A DNA stretch of 64,000 nt, from NCBI RefSeq assembly GCF_009914755.1, contig NC_060931.1; one strand, given 5' to 3'. The stretch is from the human T2T-CHM13v2.0 reference genome, Homo sapiens. The notes below the pieces were generated by a model. The model saw nothing but the letters and a program-made list of their open reading frames with translations, was not told the origin of the DNA and did not search any database. Position numbers and translations under genes: made by a program. Positions 41,101 to 54,800 of this stretch are shown here, piece by piece (position 1 is the stretch's first letter; every line of letters begins with the position of its first letter).

Positions 41101-42198
41101 TATTCTTTTAAGTAATAAAAATGTTGTTAAGAACACGTGTTTATATGTTGACCCATTTTTATGATTCTTTATTCAGAAGTTTACTTTTTAAAAAAAAATT
41201 ATTCTTAAGAGCAGCTTTAGGTTCACAGACAAATTAAGAGGAAAGTACAGAGATTTTTCCAGAACACCTCTACCCCTATACGTGCAAAGCCTCTCCCATG
41301 ATCAATATCCCCCACTAGAGTGGTAAATTTGTTATACTTGATGAACTACATTGACACATATTAATGTCCTACAATGACACATCATCCAAAGTCCATGTTT
41401 ATAATAGAGTTCATTCTTGGTGGTGTACATTCTATGGATTGGAAACTATGTGTAATGACATATACTGATCATTATAGTATCATACAGAGTAATTTCATTG
41501 TCCTAAAGGATCCTCTATGCTCTATATATTAATTTCTCTGCCATCCAAACCCCTGGCAACCACTGATCTTTTTATTGTTTACTTGGTTTTGCATTTTCTA
41601 GAATGTCATATAGTTGGAATTAACAGTTTGTAGCCTTTTCAGATTGGCTTATTTCACTTAGTAATATACGTTGAAGTTTCCTACTATACATTAAGTTTAT
41701 TCATGACTTGATAGCTTGTTTCTTTGTAGCACTCAATAGTATTTCACTGTTTGTATATACTACAGTTTATTAATCCATTCACCTACTGGAGGATATCTTG
41801 GTTGCTTCCAAGTTTTTGAAAATAAAACTGCTATAAGCCTCCATGTGCAGGTTTCTGTATGGACATAAGTTTCCAATTTCTTTGGGTAAATACCAAGGAG
41901 CACGATTGCATTGGTTTTGTCAGAAACTGACAAACTGTTTTCCAAAGTGGCTGTAGCATTTTGCATTCTCACCAGCAATGGGTGAGTTCCCGTTGCTCCA
42001 CATCCTCATCAGCATTTGCTATTGTCAGTGTTCTAGATTTTGGCCATTCTCATAGATGTATAGTAGTATCTACTCATACTCATAGGTGTATAGTATCTCG
42101 TTTTAATTTATGTTTCCTTGATTACATATGATGTGGAATGTCTTTTCATATGCTTATTTGGCATCTGTATACTTTCATTGGTGATGTGTCTATTAAGG

Positions 42199-42400
42199 CA
42201 GGGGTGTCCAATCTTTTGGCTTACCTGGGTCACATTGGAAGAAGAAGAACTGTCTTGGGCCACACATAAAATACACTAACAAGATAGTTAATGAGCTAAA
42301 AAAAATCACACAAAAAAATCTCATAACGTTTTAAGAAAGTTTACTAATTTGCATTGTGCTGCATTCAAAGCCATCCTTGGCCACGGGCTGAACAAGCTTG
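42199..42400 (+). mobile_element. MER30 (hAT-Charlie)
   Basis: caggggtgtccaatcttttggctt..ctgaacaagcttg; 8-bp TSD tattaagg / tattaaga. Confidence 0.92.
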
Positions 42401-42402
42401 TA

Positions 42403-42486
42403 TTAACTTGGTGTAAAAGTTATTGGGTTTTTTTCCATTAAAAGTAAGTAATGGCAAAAACTGCAATTACTTTTTCACCAACCTAA
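42403..42486. mobile_element. MADE1
   Basis: Degenerate TIRs ttaacttggtgtaaaagtta / ttactttttcaccaacctaa with TA on both sides. Confidence 0.9.
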
Positions 42487-43405
42487 TATTAAGATATTTG
42501 GCCATTTTCCAATTGAGTTTTTTTTTTTAATTGTCAAGTTTTCCTTTAGTAAGATATGCCTTTTGCAAATGTTTTCTCCCAGTCTGTGACTTGTTTTCTC
42601 ACTATCTTGATGTTTTCTTTTGCAGAGCAGTTTTAAAAATGTTACTCAAGTCCAGCTTATCAATTAGTGCTTTCATGGATCATGCATTTGGTGTTGTTTC
42701 TAAAAGTTATCACCATACCAAGGTCATCTAGGTTTTCCCCTCTGTTATCTTCTAGGAGTTTCATAGTTTTGCATTTTACATTTAAATCGATGATACATTT
42801 TGGGTTAATTTTTGCAAGGAGTGTAAAATCTGTATCTAGATTCATTTTGTTTCCTGTGGATGCCCAGTTGTTTCAGCACCACATGCTGAAAAGTCTTTCT
42901 TTGCTCCACTGTATTGCTTTTGGTCCTTTGTTGAAGATTAGTTTGCTGTATTTAATGTGGATCTATTCCTAGATTCTCAATTCAGTCCCATTTATCTGTC
43001 TGTTCTTTCACCAATACCATACTGTCTTGATTATTGTTTCATAGTAAGCGTTAAAGTCAGGTTGTGCTTCCTTACTTTTAGAATAATAATCACTCATTTG
43101 TGAAACAAAGCTGCCAAGTTGCTGTCATGGAGATTGAGAACTTCTCTCCTAATGTCAGTAGTGGCTAGAGTATCACTTTTTTATTATTGCCCCTTAATGT
43201 GTCTTACTTTCTAGTTGGTAGGAGGCCTATAGCTAAGTAGTTGTTACAATAAACAGAAGTTTGCTTAAATAACATTAAGGAGGATTTGAGGAGGACAATT
43301 ATGAATACAGGGACTTTTATGAGATCAAACTGCAAGAAGTACTGTGCCTCACATGAATGGGAAAGGGAAAAGTCATCAAGCTTCTCTCTGTTTTTCTGTT
43401 TCTCT

Positions 43406-43406
<1 letters not shown>

Positions 43407-43448
<42 letters not shown>

Positions 43449-43450
43449 AC
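43407..43450. repeat. (AC)17 aa (AC)4 microsatellite
   Basis: Visible dinucleotide run. Confidence 0.98.
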
Positions 43451-45411
43451 ATACAAGTCCTTAATCCCAGATGTACATCTGCTTTATTCTTTTCTTTTTA
43501 TAGATTGGCTACTCATGCCTAATCCTCAAGTCCAAGTTCATCTGGTCCTTTGGTTGAAGTTTTCATGCTTGCTAATGCAATCTCTGTGACGCTACTTTTA
43601 GATTCCAAGAAGAAAGAATCATCTGGTACTGGATCTGAGATACATGCTGAATCCAGAGCCTGTGAGTCTATAGTGAAAAGCAGTCTGAATTCTGACACAG
43701 ATGACCAGTGTAAGGTCTTGAATATGTCACTTCATGTCCCTGGGTTGCAGTTTCAAGATCAAGTCAGGAGAGGGAGACAGCAAAATTATTGGTAGAGTTC
43801 TGAGCCTGACAGGCCAGAGTGTAGGAGCAGGCAGGGACCAACAGGAAGGTGATTCTCTATCTCTATCCCTGCTCAGAACTTTTCAGAACTTCACTTTTGG
43901 CATCATCTTCAGAGACTGTACTAGACACACAAGATAAATAATTTGATTTTTTTATGTGTACTTTTTTCCCCACTGCCTATCCTTTTAAATTTCACTCACT
44001 TTGTTTTCTTTTCCTGTCTCCTTCATCTGCCCTTTAAACAACAGTCTGAGGAGTTACAAAGATAGAGCCTGGTGCATGCATCAGAGACCATAAGGAAAGG
44101 CTGGAGGGCAGGAAGAGGAGTCATAAGGCTGTTCCAAGCCTGGAAGTCTGACTCACAGTACATGGGAGTCAGCCTCATTTTTCATTTCTATATTAGCTAT
44201 TATTAGGCTTTTAGAAATTGGCAAATGTCAGTTTTGACTAACTCTGTTTTGTTATTGCTGTGATAATATAACTGTACCTCATTTCTAAACCATGAAAATG
44301 GAGTTTTCTAAAATAACTGATATGAGTTATTAATCAAAATGAATAATATAAGAAATACTTCCTACTAATTTTAAAGATATGGGAACTCAAGCTGATAATA
44401 TGGTACTTTGGACTGAGTACTGTTAATGACAGTTATTAGAATTCTGGTTGCTAAGAAGTAAAGGCTGGCCTTAGTCTCAGGGACCAACCCATCTGTATAT
44501 ATTCTTTGATATGCTTATTAAAAAATCCATTTCATTCTTTTATGATCATGCTCTATACTTATTGCCCTGAGAAAGAATCAACCTCAGGGGTCCAAGCTTT
44601 GTGGGAAGAAGTGATTTCAAAAGTGGAACTTACCAAAGGGTCAGGGAATAACAGAAGCATTTGCATTTGTGTCTTGGCTCTTGAGTGCCTAAGTCCACAA
44701 ATTTAAGGCCCTTTCAAAATCTGGCTTATGTGAATCTTTTTAGAACATATGCCCACTTGAGTTCAACTCCATTCAACTCTACTTTCTGGTCTGTTCTTTC
44801 TGTTCTGTTCTATTGATGTTCTCATGTTTATATATCCAATGAAGAGCCTCTGGGAGGGAAGGGAAATTAAATGGTAGGGATTTTTAAAGAGGAGTGTGCA
44901 GTCCTTTTCCATATCCCTTTGTAACATGTAGACAAGGCCAAAGGAGCCCAGTAAAAATCCCTTTGATTAAACAAAGAACACAGGAGCCCTAGGCTTGACT
45001 TCTCTTCAAACTCCCTGGATCTGTCCTATACCTGGGTCTGTTTTTCTGTCCAGTTCATTTCGGTTGGACCCTGCTTGGCTCCACTTGTGCTGTATGTAGC
45101 TCCCCCATTTTTCTTATTATGTTATGGTTATTTCTGAGTTCCATACCTCTTGCTTGATTCCATACCTCCAGCTTAAGCTCCCTCTTCCTGAGTGTTCTCC
45201 TGGGTCCCTTGCCTGGGTATGATGAGTTTGGGGCTGAAGCTGCCAGAACCTTGCTGTATTTAGTAAATGCACATTTTCTTTCTTTCATTTTAATTTTTGT
45301 ATTTTTTTAATTTGTGGTTTTGCCTTTATTTACCAAGTAGCTAGATGTTCTAATTTAATCCAATTTAGGTCTACATTCTTAAATGTATAGTCTAAAAGCA
45401 CATATACCTCA

Positions 45412-45603
<192 letters not shown>

Positions 45604-47837
45604 CTATGGAATTTAATGTTATCATATAAACATGTGTTTTGTTTTTTTCTCAGAATAAATATCAATACTACCTCTCCCAAACTTATAGCTTGACAATTTA
45701 TTACTCAATTAATGATGCAAAGAAGCTCATGTCCTAGTTTATAATATGTTCTCATTATAGTACACTAATGTAGACTCAATTACACTGCATTCTATAATAC
45801 GTTAAATTATGTGATAATGAGACTTCTATACCTTATCCTGTCAAGCATTTATAAGCTATTTATATTTAGATATTAACATTTATATACTATAGGAGTTTAT
45901 ATACAGTGCTAATATTCAAAATCTAGGCGGCAATATAATTATTGTTTTCGTATTTTAATTTTAAAGTAGGTTATACTAATTAATAGATGATGTTATCTGC
46001 TGCTTTGTGAGTAAAAAACAGAGAAAACTGGATCATGCATCCTTTTTGCTATTGCATTTATCCGTGTAGAATGTGAAATCAGCTTTACCGTTTCATATTT
46101 ATTCATTTATTTCAAAAATTTTTAAAAAACTAGCAATCTGGCCAAAGAAATTGAAGCAAGTTTGTTCCTCACAAGGACTGGATTACACTAAATAGAGCTT
46201 ATTATGCTGTTCAGTCTGCCCATGGCCGTATCATTCACAGCGTTGACTTTCCAATAGTTATAATGATTTGAACTTTTCTATAGTGAGAATACAAATTGCC
46301 TCTTTGAAACACTAGAGGGTGGTATTTGTAAAGCCATTTAGGACTATGGTGGTGCTGACCTGAATTTATTCTGTGAAATTATTTGTTCAAATTGTCTTTG
46401 AATGAGGACAATGCAAATACATGTTTTTTAAAATTCCTATGAGATGAAGGACTGTAAACTGTCATTTAAGTGCAATTAGTTTGACTTTCAAAAAACTGAA
46501 TCTATCTGTATTAATCTAGTACTTTTTTCAGCACAGAAAAAAAAAAAGATTGCTTTTTGTTTTTCCTTTGCTTGGCACTTTGATGTGATAGGCTTTGGCT
46601 TACAGCAAGGCAAGCTTGTTTTTCACTAGAGAACTTTGTAGAAACATTTGCTTCCATTAGTGTTTCAATACAGCAGCATGAGTATCATCAGATTATTAAA
46701 TAAAGGCCATTTCATAAGCGGGCTGCCATCTGTTTTGTCTACCTGTCCTGGAGAGTTGAATATGTAAAACCACATACACATAAAACCAAAGAAAATGAGT
46801 CATAAAATTGCTGATCATAGGATATAGGCCATTGACTTTATATTCAAAACACTTAAATATATTTAAAGCTTTTTGCTTCTAAACATTTACAAATAATTTA
46901 AAAAGTATTAACTATACTAAACAAAGTTTTTGTGTTTTATTTTTAACTACCCAAGATATAAATTTCAGATTTTGTTAGCACAGAAAAAATAATGTAAAAC
47001 CATTTTTGACTATAGTTTTTCTTCCCTGGATTTTGAGCCTTCTTTAAGTCTAGGGGATACAGTTTTCTCTCAGTATTGTAAGTAGCCTTCCAGGGCTGCC
47101 CCTGAAAAGAAGTATAAAACGACTACAAAGCACTTTGTGAATATGGATGCTATCCAAAGGCTAAACGAAAGTCTATAGCAGAAAAACATAATAAAGATTA
47201 TACTCCAAATGGTAGGCACATTATTTTAATAATTTAATAAAACCATAACGAATAAGTAAACATATTACTTCTCTAATTTACTGATGGTCAGATAACAGCT
47301 ACAACAGGAATGGATGATTTAGGAATTCATGAATTATTCTTCTGTCAAGCCTTTAATTCCTGAAACTAAATATTTAAGTCATGCTTTAGGCTTTCTCTCT
47401 TGGTGTTATCTGAAAAGACTCTTCCTTCTGGCCTAAACACTTAAATAGAATATATTTGTGCAATCCAAACACATTTTTCATGATTAATGGCCTCAGTTTG
47501 TTAGTAATAATGTAAAAATTGCTATTTAAATACACAATTAAATGTGCTTAGTTTGTTCTTTGGGTTGGAGAGTTGTATGTTACTATGAGGGAACTACCAT
47601 TGGATTCTAATTCTTCCAAACTGCATCTTTCTTGGAAATATGTTTTTCTGCATTTGTCTTATATGATTGTTTTGTGGAGTAATCATCTCTAGTATACAGT
47701 GATTATACAGTGATTTAAATTATTCACTCACATGGCACATGTGAGTCACAGACCCTGTACTGTCCCTTTAGTAGAGGAAAACACTTTGCAAACTGCTTCT
47801 TTGTTACTATGAAATAAATGAGTGATTATAGTAGTCT

Positions 47838-48120
47838 CTATTATGGACTAAATTTTGTCCCCCACCTGCAATTCGTATGTTGAAGCTCTAACCCCGTAGT
47901 GTGGCTATATTTGGAGAGAGGGCCTTTAAGGAGATAATTAAGGTTAAATGGAAAAGCCCTTGTGATGACATAGTGAAAAGAGAGGCTTCACTAGAAAGAG
48001 AATTTTCCAGCACCTTGATCTTGGACTTCTGGACTCCAGAACTGTAAGGAAATAATTTTCTGTTGTTTAAGCCACCCAATCTGTGGTATTTTCTTATGAC
48101 AGCTCTTGCAAACCCATATG
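47838..48120 (+). mobile_element. MLT1B-like LTR with internal deletions
   Basis: attcgtatgttgaagctctaacccc..caccttgatcttggacttct..gtttaagccacccaatctgtggtatttt. Confidence 0.85.
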
Positions 48121-48448
48121 TTCTCACTTTCCGTGATCATCTAGGATTTCACACAGTCCCTGATAGAAGACGGGCTTAAGATTTTTTTTTGAATGAATGA
48201 AAAAACAAATGACAAAAGTTTAAAGACTCTATAAAATGGATGATAATTTTTCTAATGGCAAGTACATTTTTTCTCCCAATTGAGTCTGGCTACTGCTACT
48301 AGGCTGGTGTTCTTAGCGGGCACTCTCCCTGTTGGGAAGACACTTTTTGCTTTCATTGAGGATTCCTGTCTCTCATTTTTCCCACTGATACCAATTAAAG
48401 GTTGGTGAGTTCTTCATTGATCAGAAACTTCATGAGCTAAATTGATGT

Positions 48449-50399
48449 GTATCATGTGTCACTTAATGATGGAGATACATTCCAGGAAATGCATCATTAG
48501 GGTATTCTAAGAAATTCATCATTAGGTGATTTTATCATTGTGTGAACATCATAGCATGTACTTAGACAAACCTAGCCTATTGAACACCTAATATATGGTA
48601 TAGCCTATTGCTCCTAGGCTACAAACCTGTACGATGTATTACTGTGCTAAATACTGTAGGCAATTGTAACAACGTGTTAAGTATTTGTGTCTCTAAATAT
48701 TTCTAAGCATAGAAAAGATACAATAAAAATATAGCATAAAACATACAGAAGGTCTGCCTGTATAGGGCAATTACCATGAAAGGAGCTTGCAGGACTGGCA
48801 GTTGCCCTGGGTGACTCGGTGAGTGAGTGGTGAGTGAATGTGAAGGCCTGGGATATTACTGTAAACTGCTGTAGACTTTTAAAACACTATACACTTAGGC
48901 TACACTAAATTTGTAAATAATATTTTTTAATAATAGATGTAGGTGAGGTTATGGAGAAAAGGGAAGACTTACATACTGCTGGCAGGAATGTAAATTAGTT
49001 TAACCACTGTGAAAAGCAGTTTAGTGATTTCTCAAAGAACTTAAAACAGATCTACCATTTGATCCAGCACTTCCGTTACTGGGCATATACACAAAAGAAC
49101 ATAAATAATTCTCCAAAAAGACACATGTGCTTGTATGTTAATTGAAGCACTATTCACAATAGCAAATAAGTGAAATCAACCTAGATGCCCATCAATGGTG
49201 GACTGGCAAAGAAAATGTGGTACATATGCACCATGGATACTATATGCCTATCAAAAATGAAATTATATCCTTTGCAGCAACATGGATGCAGCTGGAGGCC
49301 ATTATCTTAAGTGAATTAACACAGCATCAGAAAACCAAATATGACATGTTCTCAATTATAAGTGAGAGCTAAACACTGCATACACTTAGACAGAAAGAGG
49401 GGTACAATAGACACTGGGGCCTACTTGAAGGGGAGGGTGTGAGGAGGGCGAGAGTTGAAAAACTGCCTATAGAGTCCTATGCTCACTACCTAGGTGACAA
49501 AATCATTTGTATACCAAACCCTAGCAACACACAATTTACCCATGTAAGAAACCTGCACATGTACCTCTGAACCTAAAATAAAAGTTGAGAAAGAAAAATA
49601 CTCTTCTTTCTCCACTAGTAAACTAAACTTAGCTTATCATAGCTTTCATACTTTATAAATGTATTTTGTTTTAAACTTTTGAATTTTTTGTAGTAACACT
49701 TAGCTTAAAACACGAATACATTGTACAGCTGTATAAAAATATTCTCTTCATATCCTTATTCTATACGAATTATTCTATTTAATATTTTTAATTTTTATTT
49801 TTTACTTTTAAAATTCTTTTGTTAAAAACCAAGACACAAACACACACAGTCTAGGCCTACACAGAGTCAGGGTCATCAATATTGCTGCTTTCCACCTCCA
49901 CATGGTGTCCCACTGGAAGGTCTTCAAAGACAGTAACACCCATGGAGCTTTCATCTCCTATGATAACAGTGCCTTCTTCTTCATAAATACTGCCTGAAAG
50001 ACCTGAAGGCTGTTTTACAGTTAAAACTTTTTTATACATAGGAGGAGCACACTCTAAAATAACAATAAAAGTATAGTGTAGTAAATAAACCAGTAACGTA
50101 GTAGTCATTTATTATCAACATCAAGTATGATATACTACATGCAATTGTATGTGCTATACTTTTATACGACTTTTATATGACCATTGCAGTAGGTTTGTTT
50201 CAATTCATTGCACTATGATGTTATGATGGTTGTGATGTCACCAGGCGATAGCAATTTTTCAGCTCCATTATAATTTTATGACCATTAATAATGGTCATAT
50301 TAATTATTGTCTTCAACAACCACATCATGGCGTATGACGCCATGACCACTTTATATGTGGTCTATTCTTGACCAAAGCGTAGTTATGTGATGCATAGTG
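48449..50399 (-). mobile_element. Tigger3b-like DNA transposon, interrupted by an L1 3' end
   Basis: Reverse-complement homologue of 9411-12710; termini tcatgtgtcacttaa / gttatgtgatgcatagtg. Confidence 0.9.
48930..49600 (+). mobile_element. L1PA15/16-like 3' end
   Basis: ORF2 end and 3' UTR gagagttgaaaaactgcctat..aaacctgcacatgtacctctgaacctaaaataaaagttg. Confidence 0.9.
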
Positions 50400-50562
50400 T
50401 ATATGCTAAACTTCAGATAGAATTAGCATCAATACAACAGGTGATTTTTAGCTACTTCCATCACTAGGTAATTTCTTCTCTATTAAGAGTTGACTTTAGT
50501 GATCTTGTCCACGAAAACACAACGATTATAATGAGCCTAAATGTGATGCATCACTGCAATAC

Positions 50563-50941
50563 TATAATAGTTTGCTAGGGCTGCCATAACAAATACTCCA
50601 GATTGGAGGGCTTAAGGAATAGAAATTTATTTTCTCACAATTCTGGAGGCTAGAAGTCTGAGATCAGAGTGTTGGAAGAGTTGATTTTGTTCCAAGACCT
50701 CTCTCATTGGCTTATTGACGCCGTTCTTCTCCATTTGTCTACACGTGTTCTTTCTTCACGTGTATTGTCTGTGTCCCAATTGTTTTGTCTAACGACACAA
50801 GTCATACTGGATTAGAGCTCATTCATATAACCTTACTTTAATTACGTCTTCAAAGGCCCTCCAAGTACTGTAACATTCAAAGGTACTGAAATTAAGACTT
50901 CAACATGCAGTTTTTTGAGGAACACAATTCAACCCATAACA
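50563..50941 (-). mobile_element. MLT1B/C-like LTR
   Basis: tagtttgctagggctgccataacaaa..ttctggaggctagaagtctgagatca..acacaattcaacccataaca. Confidence 0.9.
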
Positions 50942-51434
50942 AATGGTAATAACTATAACAATTGTACAACAGAGACTGATAATGCCTTTTTATAACCTCC
51001 TCCAAGGTTAATATTGTCAAGAAATTTGGGAAAATGGTAGTGGTATTTTCAATGTTAAATTTTCACTACAGTTTAGCTTCTCTGGGAGGAATATATGGTC
51101 TGAATTGATCAGCCTTGTTTTATAAACAGAGTTTGGTTGTTCTGTCTTGCAGAACTCTTCCTTGAATTTTACGTTTTTTAGAATTTTCTGGGCGGTACTT
51201 ATTAGAAACACCCTTAACATTCTCATCTTCTTAATAACTAGTTTTAGAGTTTTTCGTAATAAATGCTATTCAAAATTGGTGATTGTAAACACCATACGTC
51301 TTGTTTTATTTAGTTATTCAATCCACACTTTTACTTTAAAGAAAGCAGTTAGCACTATGAAATCTATGTTTGTTTAATAAATATGATGCTTTTGAGAGTC
51401 CAGGCTCTGTAGCCAAACATTCTAGCTTTGAAAT

Positions 51435-51670
51435 TAGAAAGGCTTTTTTTTCTGACCATGCATTCTAAAAAACGTGCCCATTCCTTCCAACCTCAGCACC
51501 CGTTATCCCTTACCTTTTTTTCTCTTTTCACTATTTTTATTACCACCTGATATATATCCATTTATTCATTCATGTATATCTATTAGCTCAATGTTGTATC
51601 CCCAGTGCTTAGAGTAGTACTGGGGAAATAGTCACTCAATAGGTATTGGTTGAATGAATGAATAAATAAA
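51435..51670 (+). mobile_element. L2a 3' end
   Basis: tgtatccccagtgcttagagtagtactgg..ctcaataggtattggttgaatgaatgaa. Confidence 0.85.
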
Positions 51671-51749
51671 AGATTTTATAAAGATATACAATTAAGCCAT
51701 ATTTAGGCATATATTTAAGGTATCATCACTGCAAATAATTAAAAGTATA

Positions 51750-51866
51750 TTACACCATGACATGGTTGTTGAAGACAATAAACTGAAACCAGGGGACCTC
51801 AGTGTAAATCCTGATGAAACAATTTACTAGTTCAGCCTTATTAATCTTTTTTTTAAAATGAGACTA
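51750..51866 (+). mobile_element. MIR 5' half; 3' half resumes at ~58843-58965 after the L1PB insertion
   Basis: aaatcctgatgaaacaatttactag..aaaatg then aaaatgggaccaataat..ataaagtgcct. Confidence 0.55.
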
Positions 51867-54800
51867 GAACCCTAGAGGAACTTGGGCCCTCATGGAAAGG
51901 GTAGGTGGGGCGTTGCTCTGCTCCCCTCTCCCCTCTGGCAATATGCTGACTGTCAAACTGTTGGGGAGCCCTTCTGCCTCTGCAACCCAGGGAAATGCTA
52001 TTGGTCGTGATTTTGCTACTTCCTGGGGACAGAGAACTGAGAGGCCGCCTTCCCCTCAGACCCTAACTGAGATGATGATTGTGCACCCATAGTGGGCCAA
52101 TGCCTTACCTGGAGACTCTCTGCCCTTAAGTCATCTCATCAAACATGCCCACCTTCATTGCAAATATACCTACAACTGATCTGACACTGGTAAGCACAGG
52201 GAAGCAGCAGGTCCCTAGGGAGCTATGAGACACCTGGAGATCTAACCCTCAGCATGGGCCACCCATAAGGGAGGTGGAATGCAGCCCATTAAAGTCCCCT
52301 GTGGACAAAGGAAATATGGGTGCAGTGCCAATCACTGAAAGAGGTAGGACCAATGCCCAGGAACAGGCATGGAGAGGGAGTCACCTCTCCCACCTGACAC
52401 TGTTGCAGATGCAGCAGTTGTTCTTCCAATTGGAGGCCAGAGTGTGCACTCTGAGAAAGGGGTTTTCCACATTTTGCTGAAACTCCATCCCTGCTGTAAG
52501 TGAACCTGTGCCACTTGGGCTTGCATAAAGGATAGGGCCCAACCTCCTCTCCCTACACAATATAGCAACAGCCTGGCAAGGGAGAACAGACACGTCATGG
52601 AGTTACTATGGATTGGGGGAAGAGACTCTGCCTGAGCCCATTTTGGTGGTAGCCCTCAGAGGAGTATATCCCACAGCCACACTGCAGCTGGAAACCAAAG
52701 GGCAAAGTCTTTATGAACTTAAGGTCTTGAGCCATTATGCCCTACAACAGCAGCATGAAAGGAAAGCAGATCATATTCCTATGGCTCAGGATGAGAAGTT
52801 AGCGCAGCAGTTCCCCTCACACCTTCTGCCCCTTTCCCTGAGACCTCTCCATACCTCAACAAGATCTCTTCCCACCACCATCCCACCCCCAGCAATGCAG
52901 GTGCTTTCACTTGAGATCAGCCTGAGAGCCAGCCAACTCTTACGCCTAAGTGCCATGTACGGGACTTCAGCCTGAACTGTACCACAGAATAAAAAACCTG
53001 CCACCAGAAGGGCTTAATGTTAGTCCATGAGTTATTGTGTTAGCTTACATGTCTAATACATTGTTACAACAAGCAACATCTGAGAAAGCCAGTGAACAGA
53101 AGCTATTCCCAACAGAGGAACCCATACAGAGCATTGGACCCCTGAAAGCACCCAGCAACAAAGCCAAATGATCACACACAACATACACCATAGTCATATC
53201 TTCAAGGGAAAAAAGAATAAAAGAATAAAAAGTCCCACCCAAACAATAGTAAATTCAAAATTAAGAAGCAACAGCTCCCTCAGATGAGAAGGAATTGGCA
53301 CAAGAACTCTGGCAGTACAAAAAGCCAGAGTGTGTTGACACTTCCAAAATAACACACCAGTTCTCTAGCAATGGATCCTAAACAAATTCAAAAGTCTGAA
53401 ATGATGAATAAAGAATCCAAAATTGAACAAATTGCAAGAAAACTAAACAAGGCCACACTTCCATCAGATCCTAAATGAAATGATAGTTGTGCACCCATGG
53501 TGGGCTACTGCCTTGCCCAGTGTCTCTTTGCCCTTGAGTCATCTCATCAAACATTCCTACATACCCACAAGTGCTCTGGCTTTGGCAAGCACAGGAAACC
53601 AGTAGCTCCCTGGGGAGCTGTGGGACCCTTTGGAGATCTAACCAAATGAATGGATTGCAAGAAAACAAGGTCCAAGGGAAAGTTAAAACCCAATACAAAG
53701 AAACCAGATAAATGACTCAGGATATGAAAAATGAGACAACTATATTAAGAAAAAACAAAGAAAACTTATGGAATTCAAAAACCCACTAAAGAATTTTTTA
53801 AAAACAGTTAGAAGCTTTAACAATAGACTAGACCAGGCAGAAGGAAGGGATTTCAGAGCTTGAAGACCAGTCTTTGGAAAAATTTTTAAAAAAGGAATTT
53901 TAAAAAAGCCTCAAGAAATATGGGATTATGTAAACTGTTGAACCTACAACTTATTGGCATTCTTGAGAGAGAAGAAAAAGCAAGAAACTTGGAAAACATT
54001 TTATAGAATAATTCAGGACAATTTCCCTAATCTTGCTAGAGAAGTAGACAACCAGGTATAAGAAATTCAGAGAACATATATGAGATACCACACAAGATGA
54101 CCATCCCCAAGGAATACAGTTATCAGACTATCCAAGAAAAGGTGAAAGAAAAAATATTAAAAGTTTATAGAGAAAAGAAAGGAGCCAAATTACCTATAAA
54201 GAAAATCCCATCAGACTAACAGTAAACTTTTCAGCAGAAATCTTATAAGACAAGTAGATTGGAGCCTATTTTTAGCCTACCTAAAGAAAACATATGCCAG
54301 CCAAGAATGTCATATTCTGCCAAAGTAAGCTTCATAAATGAAGAAGAAATAAAGGCTTTCCTAGACAAGCAAACACTAAGGGAATTAATTACCACCAGAC
54401 TGGCCCTATAAGAAATGCACAAAGGAGTTCTAAACATTGAAACAAGAGAGTAATACTTGCTACATAAAAGCACACATAAGTACGAAGCTCACAGATCCTA
54501 TAAAGCAATTACACAATTGAAACTGCAAAGCAACTAGCTAACAACATGACAGGAATAAAACCTTACATTTCAATATTAATCATGAATATAAACAGACTAA
54601 ATGCTCCACTTAAAAGACATAGAATGGCAAATTGCCTTGAAAAAATAAGACCCAAACTTATGCTGCCTTCAATAACACCCACAGGCTCAAAGTAAAGGGA
54701 TGGAGAAAGATCTATCATGTAAATGGAAAACAAAAAAGGGTGAGGTTGCTATTCTTGTATCAGATTAAATAGAGTTTAAGCCAAAATTAAATAAACTTTA

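Larger units (their letters stand above)
41185..43070 (-). mobile_element. L1MC1/2-like 3' portion
   Basis: gagcagctttaggttcacagacaaattaagaggaaagtacagagattt 3' UTR, then antisense ORF2 end. Confidence 0.85.
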
